From an uncultured virus (IMG/VR IMGVR_UViG_3300032167_000030) (Duplodnaviria > Heunggongvirae > Uroviricota > Caudoviricetes): 49,938 nucleotides of DNA. Numbering within the stretch: position 1 is the stretch's first letter; every line of letters begins with the position of its first letter. Positions 37,437 to 46,600 of this stretch are shown here, piece after piece. Both the position numbers and the translations under genes were made by a program. Location of the stretch: IMG/VR virus record IMGVR_UViG_3300032167_000030. The stretch is one strand, 5' to 3'. The notes beneath the pieces were generated by a model, which did not search any database, was not told where the DNA came from, and worked only from the letters and a program-made list of their open reading frames with translations.

Positions 37437-37988
37437 TTAGTTTAATGTAGCATCTATATTATGATTAAAATACTTCGGAGAAACTTCTTTTGTTAACCAA
37501 ACACCATTTTTTGATAGATAGAATTTATATCCATCTTTATACATATTTTTAGCTTTAATTTGATAAACTTTAGGTTCACCATGTCGTTTACCTACTTCTA
37601 TAGCAATCTCATAAGTTTCTGAAAGATGAACATAAAGTCTAGTTTTTGGAAGTAATCCAATTCTATTAATAGAACCTACATATTTCATACCTGTCCCATG
37701 ATAAAGAAATTCAGGCGGTTCTTTTTCTTCCAATTCTACATCTACATTAATGGAATGACCTTGATTAGCACGAATCAATGTCTTATCTTCATTGAAAGAA
37801 TAACGTTGTTTATTATCATTTCTAACAATTTCTTCTAACATTTTCATATTGAAATCTTGTTGTTTATTGATTCCTTCAATCAATTCTTTTGTATTTGCCC
37901 AGCCATGTTTATCTAAAGTAATTCCAATTACTTCAGGTTTATGACGTAAAATTAGACTTAAGTATTTACTAACTTTTGTTAAATCCAT
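37437..37988 (-). CDS. kptA: RNA 2'-phosphotransferase (KptA/Tpt1)
   Basis: SKYLSLILRHKP, KQRY, IRANQGHS, LYHGT, YVHLS and NGVWLT. Confidence 0.93.
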   Translation of the reverse strand: MDLTKVSKYLSLILRHKPEVIGITLDKHGWANTKELIEGINKQQDFNMKMLEEIVRNDNKQRYSFNEDKTLIRANQGHSINVDVELEEKEPPEFLYHGTGMKYVGSINRIGLLPKTRLYVHLSETYEIAIEVGKRHGEPKVYQIKAKNMYKDGYKFYLSKNGVWLTKEVSPKYFNHNIDATLN

Positions 37989-37994
37989 AGGTAT

Positions 37995-38372
37995 TTATTC
38001 CTTCTTATGAATACCATAGTGAATATCATATATATATTCATTAAAATCTTTTGTTAATGCAGTATGCTCAACTAGATTTTCATTATAATAACTATTGTCT
38101 TTATAAATCTTAATTTCTAGTTTAGAATTTTTCTTAGATTTCATTAGTTTCATATGTTCTATAGTATTTGGATTAATATGTAACACGGTATCTGAAGAGT
38201 CCTTATCTTCATTATTAGTTAATCTAGTTACTCTTGTAAAATATTCTCCACTATGTGTCTCAGATGTGTTTCTATATCTTTTAGGTAAATGATCAATTCG
38301 ATAATACGTTTTTTCTTTTTCATGATAAACAATTTTCCCTAGAAAAGTTTCTGGATAGACATTTCTTCTCAT
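37995..38372 (-). CDS. Hypothetical protein
   Basis: 125 aa ORF, RBS aaagga. Confidence 0.7.
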   Translation of the reverse strand: MRRNVYPETFLGKIVYHEKEKTYYRIDHLPKRYRNTSETHSGEYFTRVTRLTNNEDKDSSDTVLHINPNTIEHMKLMKSKKNSKLEIKIYKDNSYYNENLVEHTALTKDFNEYIYDIHYGIHKKE

Positions 38373-38403
38373 TTTAGCATTTCCTTTCTAAAATCTAGAT
38401 TTT

Positions 38404-38436
38404 AGAGAAAGTAAGATATTCTAATCTTACTTTCTC
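38404..38436 (-). terminator. Hairpin, probable terminator
   Basis: agagaaagtaagat/atcttactttctct stem. Confidence 0.6.
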
Positions 38437-38442
38437 TTTATT

Positions 38443-40119
38443 TTATTCTTCTTCGTCTTCTTCTTCCATTAAGTTCTTTCTATTACTCTTATTAACAGTA
38501 ATACGACCACCAGAAGGTGTTTTACCACCATTCTTTTCGTTTCTAGCCTTACGATTTTCACTAGGATTGAAATTATTCATTCCATCACCCATTTCAACTA
38601 CAGATAGAGGCTTAGTCAGATTTAAATCAGGTTTCAGTTTCATTGTATTATTCTCTTCAAAAGGATGACTGAAATACTCAGGAGCATCTGCAGAACGTTT
38701 ACCTCTATATTTCATTAGTTTATAACTAATCATCATTTCACCATTAAGAGGATTAGGTTTTCTATGAATAGAATAAATAACATCACTATTATCTAGAATC
38801 TTTACAGATTCACCAATATCAGATGTACCTAAAGTTTTCAATGGATCAGCTTTATCTTTTTTCATAGCTTCTTCAATCTTTTGTAGAGCATTTCGATTAA
38901 ACTGCATGGCACTAACAACTACAATATCATGTTGTTTTGCAATAACAGTCCATTCATCAGCAACTGCACCCATTTCTTCATAGTTATTACCAATATTTTT
39001 ACTATATTGAGAACTGCGAATACGCTTTAAATAATCATGAATAACTGCAATTACTTTTCTATCTCCATCTTCTTCAATTTCTTCTATCATAGCATCTACA
39101 TCAGTTGTAGAGATAGACTTAGAACTTCTGTACTTAACCAGCATTTCAGTTCCCTTAGAAAAACCTTTTTCATTTAGAATTTTCATAGCTTCTTCTAGAG
39201 AATGAGATTTGAAATCATCAGAATTACCCATATAGAAACTCCAGAATCTTTCAATAGTTTCTCTAATAGAATTTTCCTGAGTAATAAAAAGAATTACAGG
39301 TTTCTTTCCACCTTCTAGAACTAGATCTTTATTATAGTGCTTAAAATCCATAGCTATTTGTGCTAATTCTACACTCTTTCCTCCACCCTGTAAACCAAGG
39401 ATCAAATAAAACCGTCCTGACTCATAACCTCCATTCAACATTTCATTCTTCATACGAATAGAAGTTTTTAGTTTATTACTAGGAGAATTCAACTGTTTTA
39501 AAGAACGACCAACTGCAATTTCTAGAGATGAATCATTACTACTAAAATCATTCTCACTTTCTTTAGAAATAGTTTCTGCCTTTTTAAATGCCGTATAGAG
39601 ATTAGTTATAGTAGTTCTATATGAATCACAAAAATCATGAATACTATCTCCATAATCACCAGATCGCAATCTAATGCTTAAATCATCGACAATATCTTGG
39701 TATTCAAAAATAAAGCTAAACTGTAAGATATCGGATACTAACTCATCTACATATAAAATACTTTCTCTATCTAAACCATTATCTTCTTCATACCAATTAT
39801 CATTAATACATTCTATAATTGTATCAATTTCTTCTTCGAATTTACCACTAACTCTTACAGCTTCAATTAGTTCATCAGAAGTTTTTAATCCATTTTTAAT
39901 ACGATATTTTAGTATAGCCTTTAAAAACCATAGTCTAGAAGCTAACTCAATATCATCTTCATACATGGTTTTATCTATATTTGTAGCTAATTCAGCAATT
40001 TTTCTTATTAACTGTTTATTAACGTATTCATTATATGTTAATGCAGTTCCAATAAATAATTCAAATTGCTTGAGATTAATTGGAATCTGTATTGTTAAAT
40101 TGTCCTTCTTCTTAGCCAA
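38443..40119 (-). CDS. DnaB-like (SF4) replicative helicase
   Basis: GLQGGGKS, FITQEN, HDYLKRI, SAMQFNR, IGES...NSD and KYRG. Confidence 0.85.
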   Translation of the reverse strand: MAKKKDNLTIQIPINLKQFELFIGTALTYNEYVNKQLIRKIAELATNIDKTMYEDDIELASRLWFLKAILKYRIKNGLKTSDELIEAVRVSGKFEEEIDTIIECINDNWYEEDNGLDRESILYVDELVSDILQFSFIFEYQDIVDDLSIRLRSGDYGDSIHDFCDSYRTTITNLYTAFKKAETISKESENDFSSNDSSLEIAVGRSLKQLNSPSNKLKTSIRMKNEMLNGGYESGRFYLILGLQGGGKSVELAQIAMDFKHYNKDLVLEGGKKPVILFITQENSIRETIERFWSFYMGNSDDFKSHSLEEAMKILNEKGFSKGTEMLVKYRSSKSISTTDVDAMIEEIEEDGDRKVIAVIHDYLKRIRSSQYSKNIGNNYEEMGAVADEWTVIAKQHDIVVVSAMQFNRNALQKIEEAMKKDKADPLKTLGTSDIGESVKILDNSDVIYSIHRKPNPLNGEMMISYKLMKYRGKRSADAPEYFSHPFEENNTMKLKPDLNLTKPLSVVEMGDGMNNFNPSENRKARNEKNGGKTPSGGRITVNKSNRKNLMEEEDEEE

Positions 40120-40163
40120 ATTTAAAACCTCCTCCCAATATACTTTAAGATTTACAGAAATTT

Positions 40164-40745
40164 TTATTTTGTTTCTCCATTAGGTTTTATTAATTCTAAC
40201 TCATTTTCACTATTGAAAACATAATCACCTTCTAAACCTAAAAGGAAATTGTTATAATTTCTAAATCTTAAAGTATGAGAGTTAGCCATTTGAACTTTTA
40301 GAGTAGTAAGATTGATACGGAATCTAACACTATCAAAAGTTAATGTCATTATATATCCATTATCTTCTACTTCGTCATTAAGGTATTCCCATTCTTCAGT
40401 TTCGTAGTTATACTTTTCTACATTACCATCAAGTAAATTAACCAATACTTTTATAAGATCATATTCAATACCTAACCAAACATAACGTTTTTGTACGTTT
40501 TTCATTAATTCTTTAATACTTAATTTTTGACACATATTTCCTAAGAAATATACAAATTTCATATCATTAAAATCTAACTTTCTCATAGATTTTTCTTCTA
40601 AACAAAAAGTAGATTTATATCCATCATCTAAATTTTCTAGAATTATATATTCGCAAATAGGTCTATTATTTTCATCTACTTCCATAAATATAATATCACC
40701 TATTTCTAATTCATCTATTTTCTTAATATTATATAAATAATCCAA
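40164..40745 (-). CDS. Hypothetical protein
   Basis: 193 aa ORF, TTG start, RBS aggtg. Confidence 0.7.
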   Translation of the reverse strand: MDYLYNIKKIDELEIGDIIFMEVDENNRPICEYIILENLDDGYKSTFCLEEKSMRKLDFNDMKFVYFLGNMCQKLSIKELMKNVQKRYVWLGIEYDLIKVLVNLLDGNVEKYNYETEEWEYLNDEVEDNGYIMTLTFDSVRFRINLTTLKVQMANSHTLRFRNYNNFLLGLEGDYVFNSENELELIKPNGETK

Positions 40746-40905
40746 GTATATTTCACCTACACTTTCATATATTCTTTATAATGATTTATTTAAATAAAGT
40801 TTTATTCCAAAAATTTGGAAACAATTTATTAAATTAAGAATAACATTTTCTTTTTTGATCTAAATCTTTGTCATTCATTTTAACCTCCTTAAGTTTTTAA
40901 CAGAC

Positions 40906-40948
40906 ATTTTTAGTTCTAAGTACTTTATTAGTACTTAGAACTAAAATT
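40906..40948 (-). terminator. Hairpin, probable terminator
   Basis: ttttagttctaagtact/agtacttagaactaaaa stem. Confidence 0.6.
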
Positions 40949-40956
40949 TTTATAAA

Positions 40957-42057
40957 TCAATCATCATTCTCTTCTTTAGAAATTTCATTTATTTCTTCTA
41001 ATGAAATATCCTTACCAAATTTTTCTTTTATAAAAGCTTGAATATTTTCACTAACATCATTACCTAAGAAATCATATTCTTGTAAAACTTTTTCTTGTAC
41101 CTGATCTTTAACTGACTGCAATTCGATTCTAATAGAATTTTCATTAGAAAAAGTTTCTTTTAGAATATTTAAATTATCTAAAGACATATCCTTACTTACT
41201 TTTACTCTAAAGTTACTATTATCTTTTTTTAGATTTTCTATTTTAGAAATAGTTTCTTTTAAATCTTCATTTTCATTTACTAAATTCGATAAGGTAACTG
41301 TTGTATATTCAGTTGCTTTAGTATTTTCAAAGAACTGAATGAAAGATACTTCATTCTTTAAATCAATTTCCTGAATTAAGAAACCTTTTTTTGTTTCTTC
41401 TCCATAGCACCATCTTTCAAAAGAGCCAGGATATTGTAGCTTCTTATGATTATTTCTTACATGAATATGTCCAAAGATAATGTCATACTTTACTACATTA
41501 TCCCATTCATTGTACATGAAAACAGGAGAACCCTTAATCATTCTTTCTGATTCTGAAATCTGATTCTGAAAAGCAAAAACATCCCAAGTACCATGTCCAT
41601 ACATGCAGTCATAACTATTATTCTTAAACTCTCTATAGTATTCTTCCTGATCATTCATATACTCTTCAGGAACATACAAAAATTTGAGACCATTAAATAC
41701 TTCTTCAGAAACAGTATTAATGATTCTGAAATTAGAAAAGTTAGTTTCTAATGATTTGAAGTTATCTAATTGGTTGAAATCATGTGTTTTAGTACCACGA
41801 ATTAAGCGGATTTCAATATTTCTTTTTTTAGCATAACTACAAAGTTGATTCAGAAATTTGATACCCAGAATACTAGATTGATCTGTTAGAGGAATCTTTT
41901 TGTCGAAATAATCACCTAGAATCATAATCATGTCTAGATCATCCATAGCTTTGATTTTGTCAATGAATTCTGTTTTTAAATCATTATAAAGTTTCTTAGG
42001 ATTAATGCTTCCCCAATGTACATCTGCTATATGTGCTATCTTAATTAATTCTTTCAT
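40957..42057 (-). CDS. SbcD/Mre11-like (gp47) nuclease
   Basis: ADVH, GDYFD, GTKTHD, GHG, GHIH and YPGSFER. Confidence 0.88.
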   Translation of the reverse strand: MKELIKIAHIADVHWGSINPKKLYNDLKTEFIDKIKAMDDLDMIMILGDYFDKKIPLTDQSSILGIKFLNQLCSYAKKRNIEIRLIRGTKTHDFNQLDNFKSLETNFSNFRIINTVSEEVFNGLKFLYVPEEYMNDQEEYYREFKNNSYDCMYGHGTWDVFAFQNQISESERMIKGSPVFMYNEWDNVVKYDIIFGHIHVRNNHKKLQYPGSFERWCYGEETKKGFLIQEIDLKNEVSFIQFFENTKATEYTTVTLSNLVNENEDLKETISKIENLKKDNSNFRVKVSKDMSLDNLNILKETFSNENSIRIELQSVKDQVQEKVLQEYDFLGNDVSENIQAFIKEKFGKDISLEEINEISKEENDD

Positions 42058-42060
42058 ATG

Positions 42061-42276
42061 TTATTCCTCCATAACTTTTCTTTCAATCATACTGAATGTA
42101 TCTTCCATTTCAGTTCTACTAACACAAGGAATTCTATATTCTCCATAATCTTCACTTTGGACGATTACTATATAGTATTTATCTTTTCCTCTATTATTAA
42201 CTTCGTTTAACATATAGATCTTCATAACATAATCTAAATTAAACAAACATCCGTCAAGTTTCATCCATTTACTCAT
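42061..42276 (-). CDS. Small hypothetical protein
   Basis: 71 aa ORF resembling its upstream neighbour. Confidence 0.7.
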   Translation of the reverse strand: MSKWMKLDGCLFNLDYVMKIYMLNEVNNRGKDKYYIVIVQSEDYGEYRIPCVSRTEMEDTFSMIERKVMEE

Positions 42277-42545
42277 AGTATTTCATTCAGCTCCTCATTT
42301 TTACAAAGATATTTTCTTAGTTTTGCATAGATCATTTGTGCTTCTAATAGTGAACTACATTGTCTTCTATGTTCATCCTTATCATCCATTACAAAAACTA
42401 TAAAATATATTGGATCATCTGAATATTCACCAGTAATGTAGTTATAATTATCAATGTCAATAGTGATATATGATACTCTATTAAGATTTATAAGTCCTTC
42501 AGATTTTCCTTCTAAACCTTGTTTAAGTTCAACAAAATTACTCAT
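42273..42545 (-). CDS. Small hypothetical protein
   Basis: 90 aa ORF, RBS aaagga. Confidence 0.7.
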   Translation of the reverse strand: MSNFVELKQGLEGKSEGLINLNRVSYITIDIDNYNYITGEYSDDPIYFIVFVMDDKDEHRRQCSSLLEAQMIYAKLRKYLCKNEELNEIL

Positions 42546-42582
42546 TTGTATCAGATTTCCTTTCTTTAGTTTTTCTATACCT

Positions 42583-42645
42583 TTATGATATATAGTTGTA
42601 AATCTTTTTAAAATAACAAGTTAATCTACTTGAAACAAACTAATA
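42583..42645. promoter_or_regulatory. Back-to-back promoters: early motif on minus (42583-42593), late motif on plus (42634-42645)
   Basis: ATATATCATAA on minus and AACAaactaaTA on plus. Confidence 0.6.
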
Positions 42646-42678
42646 AATCTATGATGAAAAAAGAAAGAAAGTAGGTGT

Positions 42679-43641
42679 TTGTGCTTGAAAGGATTAAGTG
42701 ATACTTACCTATTTAGAAAAGATGAAAAAGTAGGTAAAAACTTTAGAGAAAATGTAAAGAAAATAGATTGGGAAAAAGATCTAGTAGATGCTGAATATTT
42801 TAAAAATGAAATCGATATCATTAAAAGACGTTTTTCATTTACCTTAAAGCAACAAGTTATCAATTCTTATGAAAATAAAGAAATAACAACTGTTTTTTCA
42901 GATCATGTAAAACTAACCAGATTAGTTCCAATATTTCTTATAAAGAATAGAGTTCTTAAGGATGACATAACTGCTGTAGTAAATCTAGAGTCTATAGGTG
43001 CTACTAAAAGCAAACAAGGTGAAGTTAGAATAGATAATAAAAAACTATATGGTTATCTAGAATGTGCTTATATCTCTAGAGAGTTACAAAAAACAGAAAG
43101 AAAATTTACTATGAATGGTAAGATTAAAAAACTTTCTGCTGAATGCTATGTAAAGCTAATGAGAAAAGTATTAGATAAACTATATGCAATCAATCTAATG
43201 CCTGAGAAGTCAGACCGTATTAGTTATCTATTAGCTAAGTTCTTCCTACTTTATGTATTAGAACAACCAGAAAATGATGCAACTAACGATATTGCTTATG
43301 CTTGCACTTCTGGTAATAGTCCTAAGAAACTAATGCTTAGTACAGATTTAGATTTCCCTAAAGAGAATTATGAATCATTAGAAACTTTCTTTAAAGCATT
43401 ATCTGAATACTTTGACGTATTAAATAAGCTAAATCTAAGAGTATTCTTAAATGAGTTCATGAATCTTTATGGTGAAGATTCTATATTTGTTATAGAAAAT
43501 TATCAAAGACTATTAGAAGTTATTATAACTTCTTGTATCTTTAACATTAGAGGATATAGAGATCAGTTAGTTGATAGTACAATTAACAAAGATGCTCTAG
43601 ATTTATACACTGAAATTACTCGTGTATTAAGTCGTAGTTAA
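42679..43641 (+). CDS. Hypothetical protein, probably virion-related
   Basis: 320 aa ORF heading a plus-strand operon with a late-type motif. Confidence 0.7.
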   Translation: MCLKGLSDTYLFRKDEKVGKNFRENVKKIDWEKDLVDAEYFKNEIDIIKRRFSFTLKQQVINSYENKEITTVFSDHVKLTRLVPIFLIKNRVLKDDITAVVNLESIGATKSKQGEVRIDNKKLYGYLECAYISRELQKTERKFTMNGKIKKLSAECYVKLMRKVLDKLYAINLMPEKSDRISYLLAKFFLLYVLEQPENDATNDIAYACTSGNSPKKLMLSTDLDFPKENYESLETFFKALSEYFDVLNKLNLRVFLNEFMNLYGEDSIFVIENYQRLLEVIITSCIFNIRGYRDQLVDSTINKDALDLYTEITRVLSRS

Positions 43642-43658
43642 AAAATTGAGCAAGGAAG

Positions 43659-46600
43659 GTGTTGAAACGAATGTCAGTTACTTTTGATTCCATTGTTATG
43701 GAGGCAATGAAAAATAGAGATACTAGTATCTCTACTATAGATGCTTTAAAAAAACAAATTACCCCCTACGCTACTAGAAAAGAACTAAAAGAAACTTTTG
43801 ATAAGATCATTAAAGAAGATCCTGACTATATAAGAAGATACTTAAAAGCTTCTTCAAACATTGTTTATCAAACCGATGTTTATATTGATAGTGTTGAAAC
43901 TAAACAAAAATTACTCTATAAAAATATTTTCAATAATGACTCTGTTTACCTAAACTTTGGTAATGGCGATAAAATTCTAATTGTTTGTACCGATAGTTCT
44001 TTAGCATCAGATAACTATGATTTCTACTCTGATGTTTTTGTAAATGGTATAAAATTATCTAAGAAAAACTATATTGAAATGCCTAGTGATAAAGTTTATA
44101 ACTTTAAAACTGGTGGTAGACGTTTCTTGATTGATGAAAACAAAGTAAATGTTGGAGATATTATCAGTGTAGTAATTCGTAAAGAACCTAGATGTAATTC
44201 TTTCTATACTACTATAAGTATTGATAATGTTAATACTAAAACTTATACGATTAAGAAACAAGATGTTGGTAGATATGGTGAAATTTTAGATGAAGATGAA
44301 GATATTGCTGTTTTAGAAAATTTACTTATTTTTAAGAAATCTTCTTTAGAAAAAGATGAGCAATACTTCCAATTAAATACTAAAGCTTTTATTAAAGAAT
44401 ATATTCCTTTTGTAGATGCTTTAACTTTTAAAGGTACTATTGGTAAGATTGGATCTGGCTCAGATATTATATCTTTACCTTTAGAAAATGTAAAGAAAAA
44501 TGAAGCTTATAAAGTATTAGTTGCTGGTACTTATGGTAACTTTACTTGTAATGCAGGTGATATTCTATTTGCTCTAGAAACTAGAGAAACTTCTAATGTA
44601 GATAATTGGGGATTTATTCCTTTTAATTACAGAAAATTACTTATTCTAGATCTGAGTGAAGATAATTTAAATAAAAACGATGTATATTTAATCATTAATA
44701 GAAAAAAGCATGTTGAATGTGAATTTATTAATACTACTGAACTGGAAGATGAAGAATATATTAAATATGATGCAAATAATCATATTATTCTTCCTCTAGT
44801 TGATAATAGTAGAAAAGTTGCAGGTTGTTCTTTACCTCTTCCTGTAAAATCTATCAACGATGTAGAAGTTTATGTTGATGGTTATAGACTTATTAATAAT
44901 GTAGATTACATTTTTGTTAATGATGAAGATCGTAATCAGTACATTCAATTTATCGGTATTCTTAAACCTAATTCTAAGGTTGTCTTTAGAAATAAAAATA
45001 TTGATGATACCTATAATTTCTACTGCAAACATAATTTAGATAAGATTACTGACTATGTAGCTTTTAATCAAGAATTCCAAAATTTAATCAATATTGAAAG
45101 AATTCCTAATAATACTGATTTAGTTATTCTTGATACTATTAAATGTGTTCTCTATAAAGATGAATATGAAGAACATCGTTATCGTAATAATAGAGACATG
45201 TTTGAACGTTTCTATAGAGTCATTAAAAATACCGATATTGCAATTGCTGCTATAGAAAAAATTTTAGAATCTAATCCTGAAATTGGTAAATATGAAGAAA
45301 TTGTTGTAGACGAAGTAGATAGCATTTTAATTGATGAAGCATTTATTCCTAATGATAGTTTTGAATTTGTAAATAATGATAGATATTTAGATTTTTCTCT
45401 CTATGTAAAGAGTTTAGTAGAAAATAATAAAATTATTATTAATGGAATTAAAGTATTTGATGGAGTAATGTTTACTAAATATACTGATGACTATAGCGAT
45501 ATAATAGATGAATTAGTATTTTTAGAAGAATCTTCCGTACAAACTAATTTCTCATACGGTATCATTGATTTAGATGAATACAGCGTACCTATCTGTGAAG
45601 ATTATATTGAAGTATACCTTGGACGTGTACGTGTTCCTGTATGTAATAAACGCTCTATTATCAATCGTTATTTAAAGATTGATGATCAACATATTACTTT
45701 AAAAGATGCTGAAATTTATTCTGAAATAAACTGGTCTGATTATGCTAAAGCAATTATTAACATGACTAGATATCCTAATGAAGTTAGAGAAAATATCTAC
45801 ACTCAGTTAAAGAATGTAGATGAGAATAATGAAATTAAGAATAGTTGGTTAAAAATTGTTAAAGATGAAAAATTAGATACTAATAGAAAAGTAGAAACTA
45901 CTGATGATATCTATTATGGTAGATTTAAGAAAATTTCTATCAGTACTACTAATGCATCTGACCAAAAGATTAAACAAAATATCTATCCTATCTTCAGAGT
46001 ATTAGGTTATTATTCTGATGAAGATTACATTGATATTACTGAATATTGTGATTATACATTTAAGAATGAATTTGGTGAAGAATTACCTGATTTTGATACT
46101 GTAAATGTAGGCAAACAATATGTAACTGCTACATTCAATCAAGGTGAAAATGGAAATTTAATTTCTGATTCTATTACTATGGAAGTAGTTGCTATTGAAG
46201 TCGAATCTATTAGAATTGTAAGTAACACTAATATCTTTACTTTAAATGATAATATCTTTAATTCTATTAGAGTTATTGCTCATTATGAAAATGGTAATGA
46301 GAGAATTCTAACTGAAGAAGAATATACTAGAACTCTAACTAATTTTGATGGTTCTATTAAATATGATGAAGGTATAGTCGATTCTGAAGGCTCTTATATA
46401 ATTTCAGCTATTTATTGTGATCATATTTATGATACCAAGTCTATTCTTGTATCTCCTGTTTCTAGTAAGAGAATTAAAAAATTAGATGTAATTCCCAATA
46501 GCTATTTAGTTGATGGAGAAATTATAACTAATCTTGATATTTATGCTACTTATAATAATAACCAGATTCAAAAAGTAACTACCGATACTGTTGACGTATA

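Noticed and set aside
40787..40878. Strong RBS followed by a 14-codon ORF that would extend to about 33 aa with a frameshift in an A6 run
   Set aside because: Too short to distinguish a decayed gene, sequencing error or phase variation; no supporting motif.
904..45032. Numerous short opposite-strand or nested ORFs in the track (e.g. 4159-4464, 12129-12473, 30357-30698, 39674-40183)
   Set aside because: Shadows of well-supported genes, with Ser/Phe/Leu-rich antisense composition.
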